Shown in pieces: positions 36,528 through 46,992 of a DNA stretch of 58,059 nucleotides; the first letter of the stretch is position 1, and each line of letters opens with the position of its first letter. The stretch is from Patescibacteria group bacterium (GTDB lineage Bacteria > Patescibacteriota > Patescibacteriia > UBA2591 > JAQWAS01): positions 3,439-61,497 of the forward strand of contig JAQWAS010000002.1 of assembly GCA_028707495.1 (NCBI GenBank). Reading direction: 5' to 3'. Made by a program: the position numbers and the translations under genes. A model generated the notes under the pieces. It did no database searches, was not told where the DNA came from, and worked only from the letters and a program-made list of their open reading frames with translations.

Positions 36528-37802
36528 CTATAAACCCTCGTACTCGCGCATACTTAATTGAGAATCTAATTTTTTACCAGTTTCTAAAATAACTGAAACT
36601 ATGATTAAAATACCAGCACCACCCACCAACATGCCCTGAAAACCTAAAAATTGTTGAGTAATTAAAGGTAAAATAGCAATCACCCCCAAAAACAAAGCCC
36701 CGGCTAGCATAATTCTGGTACTTACGTGGCCGATATAATCCGCCGTGGTTGCCCCTGGCCGAATACCCGGAACAAAACCGCCCTGACGTTTTAAGTTGTC
36801 GGCAATTTGATGGGGATGAAAAACAACTGAAGTGTAAAAATAAGTAAAAGCTACTACTAAACTAAAATAAATTAAACCATAAATCCATTGATTTTTAAAC
36901 ATTTCAATTAAAAAATAACCTATCTGAGACACCCAATCTAATCTTGCACGAGTTAAAAGTTGGCCAATTAATGATGGAAATAATACCAAAGAAATAGCAA
37001 AAATGATTGGAATCATGCCGGCTTGATTAACTCTTAAGGGTAAAAAAGTGTCAGTACCACCATACATTCTGCGACCGCGAATACGACGAGCGTAAGAAAT
37101 TGGGATATTGCGTTGTGCTTCAGTAATATAAACGATACCCGCAATAGTAATTATACCTAAGATTGCAAAAACTATTAAATTAGTAATTTGACTAGTGGTA
37201 AAAGTCACCACCATTTGCTGTAAAGTTGTTGGCAATTGAGCAATAATACCCGCACAGATGATTAAAGAAATACCATTACCAATATTTTTTTCTGAAATTA
37301 ATTCTCCCAACCAAACCAAAAACATAGTTCCAGCAGTCATAATTAAAACCGTAATAACGGTTTGCCAACCGGCTATATTTTGAATAATACCCTGTTGAGA
37401 ACGACTTAATAAAATAATCATACTGTAAGCCTGCATGACGGCCAATGGTACGGTTAATAAACGAGTGTATTGATTAATTTTACGTTGACCAGCTTCACCC
37501 TCTTTAGATAATTCTTCTAACTTGGGAATAATCATGACTAATAATTGAAAAATAATTGAAGCAGTGATATATGGACCAATACTTAAAGCAATAATTGAAA
37601 AATTTGACATAGCACCACCAGACAAAACATTTACTAAACCAAAGACCTGATTTGATCCAAAAAATTCTTTCAAAGCTTCAATATCAACTCCCGGCACCGG
37701 GATATGAGCAGCAATTCTAAAAATAACAAGCATTCCTATAACAGAAAAAATGCTTTTACGTAAATCTTTAATTTTAAACACTTGAAAAAATTTTTTCCAC
37801 AT
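36528..37802 (-). CDS. secY: preprotein translocase subunit SecY
   Basis: The 10-TM pattern is present. The gene is at the end of the spc operon. Confidence 0.97.
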   Translation of the reverse strand: MWKKFFQVFKIKDLRKSIFSVIGMLVIFRIAAHIPVPGVDIEALKEFFGSNQVFGLVNVLSGGAMSNFSIIALSIGPYITASIIFQLLVMIIPKLEELSKEGEAGQRKINQYTRLLTVPLAVMQAYSMIILLSRSQQGIIQNIAGWQTVITVLIMTAGTMFLVWLGELISEKNIGNGISLIICAGIIAQLPTTLQQMVVTFTTSQITNLIVFAILGIITIAGIVYITEAQRNIPISYARRIRGRRMYGGTDTFLPLRVNQAGMIPIIFAISLVLFPSLIGQLLTRARLDWVSQIGYFLIEMFKNQWIYGLIYFSLVVAFTYFYTSVVFHPHQIADNLKRQGGFVPGIRPGATTADYIGHVSTRIMLAGALFLGVIAILPLITQQFLGFQGMLVGGAGILIIVSVILETGKKLDSQLSMREYEGL

Positions 37803-37827
37803 AAAATTAAAATTTCAAAACTTAAAT

Positions 37828-38280
37828 CTATTCCTTTCCGCCTATTATCTCGGCTTTACCGCCAGCTTTTTCAATAGCCTCTTGAGCTGATTTAGAAAAT
37901 TGATGAGCACGCACAATTAATTTTTTATTTAATACTCCCCGACCTAAAATCTTAACTCCATTCTTTATTTTATCAATTAAATTGTTTTTTAACAAAGCCT
38001 CTAATTCAATAGTGTCGCCATCTTTAAAAATTCTATTTAAATCGGCTAGATTAACTACTTCCATTTTGGTTTGCAAACTTTTAAAACCACGTTTTTGTGG
38101 GATGCGTTGTAACGTTGATTTAAAACCTAAAGTCTTTAAACCACCTTTTCCACCGGAACGTGATTTTTGACCCTTCTGACCACGTCCAGAATAGGTTCCT
38201 CGTTTACCACCACGACCAACTCTTTTTTTAGTTTTTTGAGAACCTGAACCAGGTTTTAAATTAGATAAATTTAAGGCCAT
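37828..38280 (-). CDS. rplO: 50S ribosomal protein L15
   Basis: The MALNLSNLKPGSGS...GRGGKRGTYSGRG motif is present. Confidence 0.95.
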   Translation of the reverse strand: MALNLSNLKPGSGSQKTKKRVGRGGKRGTYSGRGQKGQKSRSGGKGGLKTLGFKSTLQRIPQKRGFKSLQTKMEVVNLADLNRIFKDGDTIELEALLKNNLIDKIKNGVKILGRGVLNKKLIVRAHQFSKSAQEAIEKAGGKAEIIGGKE

Positions 38281-38281
38281 A

Positions 38282-38764
38282 TTATTTTGCGTATTTAAAA
38301 CTCTTTAAAGCTTGAAAAGTCGCTCTTACATTATTAACTTTATTGCGAGAACCAAACATTTTACCAGTCACGTTTTTATAACCAGCTAATTCTAAAACTG
38401 TCCGAATAGCTCCACCGGCAATAATACCCTTACCCTGTTTAGCCGGTTTTAACATTAAACGAGCTGATTTATATTTTATTCTAATTTCATGTGAGATGGT
38501 GTCATTAATAATTATAACATTTAAAATATCCTTTTCGGCTTTGACTACCGCTTTATTAACCGCCATGGCTACATCAGCTCCTTTAGCCATACCATAACCA
38601 ACTCGACCCTTTTTGTCGCCAATAACAACACAAGCGCGAAAACGTAAACGCTTACCACCTTTAGTTACCCGAGTTACGCGACGAATATCAACAACCTGTT
38701 GATTAAATTCTTTTTCTTCTTTAACTCTGGATTTATCTTGTTTTTTTTCTTTTGACTTGGTCAT
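38282..38764 (-). CDS. rpsE: 30S ribosomal protein S5
   Basis: The VVDIRRVTRVTKGGKRLRF motif is present. The stop is only 1 nt from the rplO start, which leaves no room for rpmD. Confidence 0.95.
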   Translation of the reverse strand: MTKSKEKKQDKSRVKEEKEFNQQVVDIRRVTRVTKGGKRLRFRACVVIGDKKGRVGYGMAKGADVAMAVNKAVVKAEKDILNVIIINDTISHEIRIKYKSARLMLKPAKQGKGIIAGGAIRTVLELAGYKNVTGKMFGSRNKVNNVRATFQALKSFKYAK

Positions 38765-38779
38765 GAATTTAGAATTAAT

Positions 38780-39157
38780 TTAAAAATTTAAACCACCTGC
38801 CCGAGCGCCTTCAGCTAAATCCTTTACCCGGCCATGATATTTATAACCACCACGATCAAAAACTACGGTTTTAATGCCTTGTTGTAAGGCTTTTTGAGCA
38901 ATTAATTCTCCCACGGCGAAAGCCTTTAAGTTAACCTTCGTTTCTGATTCTTTAGTTTTAGACTTAGCTTTAATTTCTTCATCTCTGGCGCTAACTAAAG
39001 TTCGACCGATCTGGTCATCTATAATTTGAGCATAAATATGTTTTAAACTCCGAAAGACACACAATCTGGGACATTGGGCATCGCCTTGTATTTTTTGTCT
39101 AATTTTACGATGACGGCGAATCTTTGTCTTACGTTTATTTTGACTAATATTAATCAT
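38780..39157 (-). CDS. rplR: 50S ribosomal protein L18
   Basis: The [18 protein letters not shown] motif is present. Confidence 0.95.
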   Translation of the reverse strand: MINISQNKRKTKIRRHRKIRQKIQGDAQCPRLCVFRSLKHIYAQIIDDQIGRTLVSARDEEIKAKSKTKESETKVNLKAFAVGELIAQKALQQGIKTVVFDRGGYKYHGRVKDLAEGARAGGLNF

Positions 39158-39174
39158 AAATTTAATGTTTAAAA

Positions 39175-39723
39175 TTAACTAGATGAACCAGCAGCGCGCT
39201 TACCAACCTTACGTCGAATAATCTCATCTGCGTATTTAATGCCCTTACCCTTGTATGGTTCAGGTTTTCTAATTTTTCTAATTCTAGCTGCCGTTTCCCC
39301 TATTAATTGTTTGTCGATACCGGCTACGCTAATAACATTTTTTTCTACTTTAATTTCAATGCCTTCTGGAATTTCAAATTCAAACGGATGAGAATAACCA
39401 ACGTTTAAAACTAATATTTTTCCCTTAACTTCAGCTCTATAACCGACTCCATTGATTTCTAATTTTTTTTCGAAACCTTGACTCACTCCAATCACCATAT
39501 TATTAATTAAGCGATTATATGTTCCCCATAAAGAACGTTGCTCTTTAATATCTTCATTTTCAACATTAACTATTATAGTTTGATTGTCTTTTTTAACTTT
39601 AATAGTTTTCGGCAAATTTAAACTTAACTCACCCTTGGGGCCTTTTACTTTAATTATTGAATCATCCATTATTAATTCAATTTTTTCTGGTAAATTAATG
39701 ATTTGTTTTCCTATTCTAGACAT
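39175..39723 (-). CDS. rplF: 50S ribosomal protein L6
   Basis: The protein begins [13 protein letters not shown] prefer the ATG at 39723, directly after the rpsH stop, to the upstream start at 39738. Confidence 0.93.
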   Translation of the reverse strand: MSRIGKQIINLPEKIELIMDDSIIKVKGPKGELSLNLPKTIKVKKDNQTIIVNVENEDIKEQRSLWGTYNRLINNMVIGVSQGFEKKLEINGVGYRAEVKGKILVLNVGYSHPFEFEIPEGIEIKVEKNVISVAGIDKQLIGETAARIRKIRKPEPYKGKGIKYADEIIRRKVGKRAAGSSS

Positions 39724-39724
39724 A

Positions 39725-40120
39725 TTAATAAATTTCACAAATTATTTCTCCGCCAACATTTTTTTGCTTGGCTTCATTGTTAGTTAATAATCCTTGAGAA
39801 GTTGAAATAATTGACATACCCAAACCATTCAAAACTTTTGAAATATTATTTTTATCAACATAAACTCTTAAGCCTGGTTTACTCACTCTCTTTAAATTTT
39901 TAATAGCTGGTTGATTCTCAATATATTTCAAATTGATTTTAATTATTTTAAAACCATTACTTCCATTTTCCTCTTCTTTTATTTTACCCACCCATCCTTC
40001 ACGTTCTAAGATTTGAGCTATCTGCCATTTAATTTTGGAAAATGGTATAACTACCTCAGGCTTTTTAACTGCCGAGGCGTTTCTAATTCTAGTTAGCATG
40101 TCAGCGATTGGATCTGTCAT
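39725..40120 (-). CDS. rpsH: 30S ribosomal protein S8
   Basis: The protein begins MTDPIADMLTRIRNA. Confidence 0.96.
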   Translation of the reverse strand: MTDPIADMLTRIRNASAVKKPEVVIPFSKIKWQIAQILEREGWVGKIKEEENGSNGFKIIKINLKYIENQPAIKNLKRVSKPGLRVYVDKNNISKVLNGLGMSIISTSQGLLTNNEAKQKNVGGEIICEIY

Positions 40121-40146
40121 AATAAATTAATAAAATTTAAAAATTA

Positions 40147-40332
40147 TTACCATGAAGATTTTTTTACTCCAGGGATTTCTCCTCTATTGGCTAATTCTCT
40201 AAAACAAATACGACATAAACCGAAATCACGCATATAGCTCCGATTACGCCCACAACGCCAACAACGATGAATCGTGCGTGTTGAATATTTAGGTTTAAGA
40301 TTTGCTTTTTCAATTAAGGATTTTTTAGCCAT
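40147..40332 (-). CDS. rpsN: 30S ribosomal protein S14 type Z (zinc-binding)
   Basis: The protein is 61 aa and carries CWRCGR...CRICFR. Confidence 0.95.
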   Translation of the reverse strand: MAKKSLIEKANLKPKYSTRTIHRCWRCGRNRSYMRDFGLCRICFRELANRGEIPGVKKSSW

Positions 40333-40355
40333 ATAAATTATTGTTGAAATTAATA

Positions 40356-40907
40356 TTATTTATTTTCTTTTTTCTTAAAGGGAAAATCTAATAACTTAAA
40401 TAATTCTAAAGCCTCGACTTGATTATGTGCGCTGGTAGTAATTACAATTTCCAAACCATGCACTCGATCAATTTCATCAGGATTAATTTCCGGAAAAACC
40501 AAATGTTCTTTTAATCCTAAAGATAAATTACCAGCCTGATCAATAATTTTTTCGTCCAAACCTCTAAAATCTCTTACGCGTGGCAAGGCTACGCCAATAA
40601 TTTTATCAATAAAATCATACATTCTCTCTCCCCGTAGAGTAACTTTTATACCAACAGTTTGACCCTGTCGAATCTTAAAACCAGCAATTGATTTCTTAGC
40701 TAAAGTTAAAACTGGTTTCTGACCTGTAATTCTAGCTAAGGTATTTTCCACCGCCTTAATAAAATTATCATCACTTCGTGCTGCTCCTAACCCAACATTA
40801 ACCACCACTTTTTTGATCTGAGGAACTGCCAAGTCGTTTTGACACCCCAATTTTTCTTTTAATTGAGGTCGAACTGTTTTTAAATATTTTTCTTTAAGTC
40901 TATTCAT
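40356..40907 (-). CDS. rplE: 50S ribosomal protein L5
   Basis: The protein begins [16 protein letters not shown] and carries the [19 protein letters not shown] motif. Confidence 0.95.
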   Translation of the reverse strand: MNRLKEKYLKTVRPQLKEKLGCQNDLAVPQIKKVVVNVGLGAARSDDNFIKAVENTLARITGQKPVLTLAKKSIAGFKIRQGQTVGIKVTLRGERMYDFIDKIIGVALPRVRDFRGLDEKIIDQAGNLSLGLKEHLVFPEINPDEIDRVHGLEIVITTSAHNQVEALELFKLLDFPFKKKENK

Positions 40908-40924
40908 ATTTTAAATTAATAAGA

Positions 40925-41239
40925 TTATTGATCAATGACTTGATGACATTGCCGACAATATCTAATCTTCTTTTTATTATCTAAAACTTTATAACCAACT
41001 CGAACACTCTTATTACAATGAGAACAAATTAATATTACTTTTGAAACGTCTAATGGCGCTGGAAATTGGACTCTTTGGCCCTTTTCGCCTTCGCGACGCG
41101 CTCTCACGTGTTTAGTTAGTAAATTAATCCCTTCAATTACAACCTTATGCTCTTTAGGTAATATTTTAAGCACCTTACCCTTCTTACCCTTATCTTTACC
41201 AGCTAAAATTTTTACATTGTCATTTTTCTTAATTTTCAT
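40925..41239 (-). CDS. rplX: 50S ribosomal protein L24 (with a CxxC...CxxC C-terminus)
   Basis: The KOW motif is GKDKGKKGKV. The C-terminus carries CSHC...CRQC. Confidence 0.93.
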   Translation of the reverse strand: MKIKKNDNVKILAGKDKGKKGKVLKILPKEHKVVIEGINLLTKHVRARREGEKGQRVQFPAPLDVSKVILICSHCNKSVRVGYKVLDNKKKIRYCRQCHQVIDQ

Positions 41240-41243
41240 ATTA

Positions 41244-41615
41244 TTATAAAACTTCTGGAGCTAATGAAATTATTTTAGTAAAACCCTGTGTTTTTAATTC
41301 ACGAGCAATAGGACCAAAAATACGTGTCCCCTTAGGTTCTTTATTCTTGGGATCAACAATAATGGCCGCATTGTCATCGAAACGAACATATGAACCATCT
41401 GATCGTCTTTGTTCCTTTCTAGTTCGAGCGATAACAGCATAAACGATATCACCCTTTTTAACCATACTATAAGGACGGGCCTCTTTGACACTCGCAACTA
41501 TAATATCACCCACGCGAGCATAACGACTTTTATAACCACCCAAAACCTTGATGCACATTAATTTTTTGGCACCACTATTATCGGCAACTTTTAAATATGT
41601 CTGTCCTTGAATCAT
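41244..41615 (-). CDS. rplN: 50S ribosomal protein L14
   Basis: The protein begins [18 protein letters not shown]. Confidence 0.97.
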   Translation of the reverse strand: MIQGQTYLKVADNSGAKKLMCIKVLGGYKSRYARVGDIIVASVKEARPYSMVKKGDIVYAVIARTRKEQRRSDGSYVRFDDNAAIIVDPKNKEPKGTRIFGPIARELKTQGFTKIISLAPEVL

Positions 41616-41619
41616 ATCT

Positions 41620-41874
41620 TTATTTAATAATTTGAATTAAACGCCAACACTTATCCTTGCTAATTGGTCGACATTCTTGAAAAATAACCTTATCACCAAT
41701 CTGAGCTTCATTTTTATCGTCATGAACTTTGTATTTTTTGCTCGTCATATATCTTTTGTTATACTTTGGATGAATTTTCGAACGGTTAACCTTAACAACG
41801 ATGGTTTTTTCCATTTTATCAGAAACGACTTCACCGGTAAATTTACGATAAATTTTATCTTGTTGTTCGGTCAT
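41620..41874 (-). CDS. rpsQ: 30S ribosomal protein S17
   Basis: The [16 protein letters not shown]...HPKYNK motif is present. Confidence 0.95.
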   Translation of the reverse strand: MTEQQDKIYRKFTGEVVSDKMEKTIVVKVNRSKIHPKYNKRYMTSKKYKVHDDKNEAQIGDKVIFQECRPISKDKCWRLIQIIK

Positions 41875-41878
41875 AAAA

Positions 41879-42076
41879 TTATTTTTTTTTATTAGATTGA
41901 TTATTAATTAATGTTAAAATCTGTGCGACCATTGTTTTATTTTTACGAATCTCCCTGACATGTTTTAACTGACCAGTTGTCGCCTGAATTTCCAAATCTA
42001 AAATCTTATTTCTTGATTCTTTTAATAAAATTTCTAATTCCTGTGGGGTTTTATTTTTTAATTCTTTAAATTTCAT
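41879..42076 (-). CDS. rpmC: 50S ribosomal protein L29
   Basis: The 65-aa size, the ELKNKTPQELEILL motif and the operon position all fit. Confidence 0.9.
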   Translation of the reverse strand: MKFKELKNKTPQELEILLKESRNKILDLEIQATTGQLKHVREIRKNKTMVAQILTLINNQSNKKK

Positions 42077-42078
42077 AA

Positions 42079-42486
42079 TTAATTTTTAATCACAAATTTA
42101 GTTTTAACTGGAAATTTATGTCCAGCTAAACGTAAAGCTTCACGAGCTGATTCTTCATTTACGCCGTCTAATTCCATTAAAACCGTACCAGGCTTAATCA
42201 CCGCAACATAATGATCAACTGCACCCTTACCACCACCCATAGGAACTTCCGCGCTTTTAGTAGTAACTGGTTTATCTGGAAAAATTCTAATCCAAACCTT
42301 ACCTTTACGCTTAATAAAACGCGTAATCGAACGACGAGCCGCTTCAATTTGACGAGCAGTAATCCATTTAGCTTCTAAGCTTTTCAAGCCATAACTACCA
42401 AAACTTACTTCAACACAACGATCAGCCTTGGTTTTGGTTCTACCTTTATGCCATTTACGATGTTTAACTTTACGTGGACTTAACAT
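42079..42486 (-). CDS. rplP: 50S ribosomal protein L16
   Basis: The protein begins [16 protein letters not shown]. Confidence 0.97.
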   Translation of the reverse strand: MLSPRKVKHRKWHKGRTKTKADRCVEVSFGSYGLKSLEAKWITARQIEAARRSITRFIKRKGKVWIRIFPDKPVTTKSAEVPMGGGKGAVDHYVAVIKPGTVLMELDGVNEESAREALRLAGHKFPVKTKFVIKN

Positions 42487-42518
42487 ATATTTATTTAAAA
42501 CTTGTTTTTAATTTAAAA

Positions 42519-43268
42519 TTATTTTTTGGTCGGAGTAAATTTTTTAACTGGCCCTTTTTTATTAAAAAATTTTTTCCGCTGACCATCTGTTTCTTCTTTT
42601 GCCTTATCCGGTCTGGCTTCGCCTTTAAAAATTTCGCCTTTACAAATCCAAACTTTAACCCCAATCGTTCCATAAATTGTTTGAGCTCCACCCTGAGCAT
42701 AATCAATATTAGCTCTTACGGTGTGTAAAGGAATTTTACCATAACTTAAGGTTTCTTGTCGAGCAATTTCAGCTCCATCTAAACGACCGCTAACGACAAC
42801 TTTGACACCCTGAGCATTAGCTTTTTTAACTTGTTCAATATTTTTCTTAAGTGTTCGACGATAAGGAATTCTTTTTTCTAAATCCAAAGCAATGGTTTCC
42901 AGAATTACCCGAGCCGATAAATTTGGATCCTTAATTTCTTTAATTATTATTTCAAATTTAGTTTTTTTATTAAAATCAAAACTCTTTTTCAAGGTTTCTT
43001 TAACCTTTTCAATACCCTGGCCAGACCGACCAATAATAAAACCTGGGCGAGCCGTATAAATAATTATCTTCATTTCATCAGCTGATCTTTCAATTTGAAT
43101 TTCATCAACGCTAGAACCTTTTAATTTTTTAATTAAAAATTCTCTAATTAAAACATCTTGCTTTAATTGACCAACATTTTTTTGGCTACGACAATTATAA
43201 AACCATTTCGATGCCCAATCGTTATTGTTACCTATTCTGAAAACTTTTGGATTAACTTTGTGTCCCAT
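42519..43268 (-). CDS. rpsC: 30S ribosomal protein S3 (basic C-terminal extension)
   Basis: The protein starts MGHKVNPKVFRIG at 43268, 4 nt after the rplV stop. The longer ORF-track start at 43316 overlaps rplV. Confidence 0.93.
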   Translation of the reverse strand: MGHKVNPKVFRIGNNNDWASKWFYNCRSQKNVGQLKQDVLIREFLIKKLKGSSVDEIQIERSADEMKIIIYTARPGFIIGRSGQGIEKVKETLKKSFDFNKKTKFEIIIKEIKDPNLSARVILETIALDLEKRIPYRRTLKKNIEQVKKANAQGVKVVVSGRLDGAEIARQETLSYGKIPLHTVRANIDYAQGGAQTIYGTIGVKVWICKGEIFKGEARPDKAKEETDGQRKKFFNKKGPVKKFTPTKK

Positions 43269-43272
43269 ATAT

Positions 43273-43866
43273 TTAAGCTGCTTTACGACGGAAAAACTTT
43301 TTAATTTTTCCTTCACTTGACTTTATTTTAGTTTGATCTAAATGCTGTTGATGACGATGTTTCCCTTGTCGAGTTACGTCAACAATTTTTTCGCTTTTAT
43401 CTTGATCTAATTCAACCGGCGCACTTGTTTCTTCTTCGGTAACCGGCAGCGCTTGTCTAGATTCAACTGGTTTATTTTCGACTAACTGTGGTTTCTCTAA
43501 TTTTTCAATTTTTTTCTTAATTTGAACCGAAGCAATTTTTTCGTCTAAAATTATCTCTACCTGAGCCGTTCTCTTACGAATCGGCGTGGCACGACCAAAA
43601 GCGCGTGGTCGCCAACGTTTTAAGGTTTGACCTTCGTCAACTAATATATTTTTAATATATAAATTTTCTTTTTTTAAATTAAAATTATTTTCAGCGTTGG
43701 CTATAACCGAATTTAATAATTTTAAAATCGGTAAGGCCACTTTTTTATTTAAAATACCTAACTGACCCTGAGCTTCAATCACTGGCATATTTTTAACCAA
43801 ATTTGTCACTAAACGAATTTTTTTAGCTGACATTCTAAAATCTTTTAATTTAGCTGTAACTTCCAT
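43273..43866 (-). CDS. rplV: 50S ribosomal protein L22 (long C-terminal extension)
   Basis: The core motif SAKKIRLVTNLVKNMPV is present. About 85 extra C-terminal residues follow. Confidence 0.93.
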   Translation of the reverse strand: MEVTAKLKDFRMSAKKIRLVTNLVKNMPVIEAQGQLGILNKKVALPILKLLNSVIANAENNFNLKKENLYIKNILVDEGQTLKRWRPRAFGRATPIRKRTAQVEIILDEKIASVQIKKKIEKLEKPQLVENKPVESRQALPVTEEETSAPVELDQDKSEKIVDVTRQGKHRHQQHLDQTKIKSSEGKIKKFFRRKAA

Positions 43867-43879
43867 ATTTTATAATTAA

Positions 43880-44179
43880 TTAACTTTTATTGGCGGCAGC
43901 TTTATCCTGTTCTTTTTGTTTTTTACCGCCATGTTTATAAAATTTACGTGTTGGAGAAAATTCACCCAATTTATGACCCACCATAGCCTCAGTAATAAAA
44001 ACTGGAAGGTGATCTTTGCCATTATGAACACCAAGATTAAAACCTACCATTTCTGGAGTAATTGTACAAGCTCTAGCCCAAGTTTTAATCAAACCCTTAT
44101 CACCATTGGCCTGAGCTTTGTTAATTTTTTTCATTAATTTTGGATCAACATAAGGACCCTTTTTAAGACTACGTGACAT
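43880..44179 (-). CDS. rpsS: 30S ribosomal protein S19
   Basis: The protein begins [12 protein letters not shown] and carries the [11 protein letters not shown] motif. Confidence 0.97.
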   Translation of the reverse strand: MSRSLKKGPYVDPKLMKKINKAQANGDKGLIKTWARACTITPEMVGFNLGVHNGKDHLPVFITEAMVGHKLGEFSPTRKFYKHGGKKQKEQDKAAANKS

Positions 44180-44193
44180 ACAAATTAGTTAGG

Positions 44194-45039
44194 TTAATTT
44201 TTCTTTTTAGATTTACGACGTTTTAAAATAAATTTATTGGTATTCTTTTTCTTCTTACGAGTTTTAACTCCCAAAGCTGGTTTTCCCCAAGGCGTTTTGG
44301 GATGGACTAAACCAATTGAACAACCACCTTCTCCACCACCATGCGGATGATCACACGGATTCATAGCCTTACCTCTAACCGTTGGCCTTTTACCTAAATA
44401 ACGCGTTCTACCGGCTTTGCCTAATTTAATGTGGCGATGTTCTGATTTACTAATTTGACCTAAAGTTGCCAAACACATTTCAGGGACTAATCTAATTTCA
44501 CTTGATGGCAATTTTAATTGCGCATGACGATTTTCACAACCCATTAAAATAGCTACCATACCGGCCGATCTAACAATTTTACCACCACGACCCGGTTCTA
44601 ATTCAACATTATGAACTTCAGCACCAATCGGCATAAATTTCAATGGCATAGCATTGGCCAATTGTGGTTCAATTTTTTCTTTGGAAGATAAAACTTTATC
44701 ACCACCTTTTAAACCTGCTGGTGCTAAAATATATCTTTTTTCATTATCCTCATATTTTAATAAAGCAATATAAGCTGTACGATTAGGATCATATTCAATA
44801 GTTTCAACCACCGCCGGCATGTTAAATTTATTTCTCTTAAAATCAACTTGGCGATAATAGCATCTAGTTCCGCCACCACGATGCCTAACTGTAATTTTAC
44901 CACTATTATTGCGACCTGATTTCTTTTTAATGATGGAAATCAAAGATCTCTCCGGCTTATTTTTGCTAACTGCTGAGTTAACAACCACCGAAGATTGTCG
45001 ACGACCTGGAGTAATTGGTTTGTAAACTTTAATTGCCAT
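44194..45039 (-). CDS. rplB: 50S ribosomal protein L2
   Basis: The protein begins MAIKVYKPITPGRR and carries the MNPCDHPHGGGEG motif. Confidence 0.97.
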   Translation of the reverse strand: MAIKVYKPITPGRRQSSVVVNSAVSKNKPERSLISIIKKKSGRNNSGKITVRHRGGGTRCYYRQVDFKRNKFNMPAVVETIEYDPNRTAYIALLKYEDNEKRYILAPAGLKGGDKVLSSKEKIEPQLANAMPLKFMPIGAEVHNVELEPGRGGKIVRSAGMVAILMGCENRHAQLKLPSSEIRLVPEMCLATLGQISKSEHRHIKLGKAGRTRYLGKRPTVRGKAMNPCDHPHGGGEGGCSIGLVHPKTPWGKPALGVKTRKKKKNTNKFILKRRKSKKKN

Positions 45040-45041
45040 AT

Positions 45042-45506
45042 TTATAATTCTATTTTATCACCCGCTTGTAAAGTAACAATCGCTTTACGCCAACTCTTAG
45101 TTTTCCCGCGAGTTCGGCCATAACGTACTTGTTTGCCTCTAACGTTGATAAGATTAACTTTTTTAATTTTTACACCATAACGACCAGCGACTGCTTTTTT
45201 AATTTCATTTTTTGTCGCTTGTTTGCTAATTTCAAAAATATATTGATTATTAACTGATAAATCTGTGGCTTTTTCAGTAATAACTGGTCGAATTAAAACG
45301 CGATAAACAGGAAAATTTTTCCAATCGCTTGTTTTTTTACTGACGGTTGAAACTTTAGTTTCTTTTTTAACTTCAAGCTTAGAAACTGCTTTTTTGGTTT
45401 CAACTTGTTTTTTCTTATCTTTAGCCGATTTTTTAACTTCAACTTCTTGAGAATTAATAGCCAGTTTATCAGTTTTCTTTTTTAAAATTTTATCTAGAAT
45501 TGACAT
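45042..45506 (-). CDS. rplW: 50S ribosomal protein L23 (Lys-rich N-terminal extension)
   Basis: The core motif VLIRPVITEKAT is present. I prefer the ATG at 45506, 1 nt after the rplD stop, to the GTG at 45524. Confidence 0.9.
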   Translation of the reverse strand: MSILDKILKKKTDKLAINSQEVEVKKSAKDKKKQVETKKAVSKLEVKKETKVSTVSKKTSDWKNFPVYRVLIRPVITEKATDLSVNNQYIFEISKQATKNEIKKAVAGRYGVKIKKVNLINVRGKQVRYGRTRGKTKSWRKAIVTLQAGDKIEL

Positions 45507-45507
45507 A

Positions 45508-46311
45508 TTATTTTTTAGTGGCACTTACTTTTGCCTCTTTAACTTTTGAAACTTTTTTAACAGTGGATTTAATTTCAGGCGCATTTGCTTCGCTGATATA
45601 AAGTTGTGTAATTTTTTGTATCCCCGCCACTGTAGTTAAAAAGTATTTATATTGTAAAATATCTAAAATATTTAAATTCTCAACTCGAATAATTTTAATT
45701 TTATCAATATTACGGGCTGATTTTACTAGTTCATCATTTTTATCGTCCAAAACCATTAAACAACTTGGTTGAACTTTTATTTTTTTGTTAGTAATTTTAG
45801 TTTCCTTAGTTTTGGGATCAACCTTTTTAATTTTTTTATCTTTTTCTTCTGTTGGTAAAACTTTATTTAAAATTCTAACCATGTCTTGCGTTTTTATTTT
45901 TTTTAATTCAATTTTATCTAAAACTAACATTAAGTTATTTGCCACCTTGTCAGATAAACACATCCAAATGGCTTTCTTTTTCATTTTTTGATTGATTTTC
46001 TTTTTAAAATTACGTTCTGTGGTGGGACCAAAAGTCACTCCGCCACCAATCCATAAAGGTGAGCGAGACGAACCATGTCGAGCACGACCAGTGCCTTTTT
46101 GACGCCAAGGTTTGCGACCACCACCACGCACTTCTGCTCTTTGTTTAGTGTGAGATAAATTTTGACGACGATTAGCTAGTTGAGTCACAACGGCTTGATG
46201 AATCAAACCGGAATTAATTTCAACGTCAAAAATTTTAGGCGATAATTCCTGTTGGCTAATTTCTTGACCTTGTTGATCAATAATTTGAATTTTTAAATTA
46301 TTTTTAGTCAT
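45508..46311 (-). CDS. rplD: 50S ribosomal protein L4 (C-terminal extension)
   Basis: The RQKGTGRARHGSSRSPLWIGGGVTFGP motif is present. Confidence 0.95.
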   Translation of the reverse strand: MTKNNLKIQIIDQQGQEISQQELSPKIFDVEINSGLIHQAVVTQLANRRQNLSHTKQRAEVRGGGRKPWRQKGTGRARHGSSRSPLWIGGGVTFGPTTERNFKKKINQKMKKKAIWMCLSDKVANNLMLVLDKIELKKIKTQDMVRILNKVLPTEEKDKKIKKVDPKTKETKITNKKIKVQPSCLMVLDDKNDELVKSARNIDKIKIIRVENLNILDILQYKYFLTTVAGIQKITQLYISEANAPEIKSTVKKVSKVKEAKVSATKK

Positions 46312-46933
46312 CGCCTTTTACTTCTTTTAAGCTTTTAATTAAAATTAAACCACCATTAGCCCCCGGCACAGCACCCTTTAAATATAGCCAATTCTTATCT
46401 AAATCAATTTTTACTACTTTTAAATTTTTGACCGTCACTTGTTCACCACCCATTCGACCTGCCATGCGCGTACCTTTAAAAACACGAGCAGCGTTGGTTG
46501 CCCCGATTGAACCAGGCATTCTTAATTGATCCTTGTGACCATGAGTAGCTGGATGTCCTTTAAAACCGTGGCGCTTAACGACACCTTGAAATCCTTTACC
46601 CTTTGACACGCCAGTAGTTTGGACTACATCTCCTAGATTAAAAATATTAACTTTAATTTCATCACCGCGTTTGAAATCGTGATCAATTTTATTTAAACGA
46701 AATTCTTTTAAATATCTAAAATTAGGTAAATCCTTTAAATGGCCTTGTAGTGTTTTATTAATTTTTTTCTTATTATCAAAACCCAACTGAACTCCAATAT
46801 AACCATCTGGCTCTTGGCTTTTGATTTGAGTCACTTGGCAAGGTCCAGCCTCAATAATTGTCACTGGTATAACCTGACCATCTTCTTTAAATTCCTGACT
46901 CATTTTTACTTTTTTACCTAATATAAATTTCAT
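46304..46933 (-). CDS. rplC: 50S ribosomal protein L3
   Basis: The GKGFQGVVKRHGFKG motif is present. Confidence 0.96.
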   Translation of the reverse strand: MKFILGKKVKMSQEFKEDGQVIPVTIIEAGPCQVTQIKSQEPDGYIGVQLGFDNKKKINKTLQGHLKDLPNFRYLKEFRLNKIDHDFKRGDEIKVNIFNLGDVVQTTGVSKGKGFQGVVKRHGFKGHPATHGHKDQLRMPGSIGATNAARVFKGTRMAGRMGGEQVTVKNLKVVKIDLDKNWLYLKGAVPGANGGLILIKSLKEVKGDD

Positions 46934-46940
46934 ATTTTAA

Positions 46941-46992
46941 TAAAAAATATCCGGACTTTAAACCAGATAAGTTATCTTCGTTTCTAAAGTCT
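46941..46992 (-). promoter_or_regulatory. terminator-like or attenuator hairpin just upstream of rplC
   Basis: On the minus strand, GACTTTAGAAAC pairs with GGTTTAAAGTC and is followed by CGGATATTTTTT. It lies within an unusual 168-bp rpsJ-rplC spacer. Confidence 0.3.
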
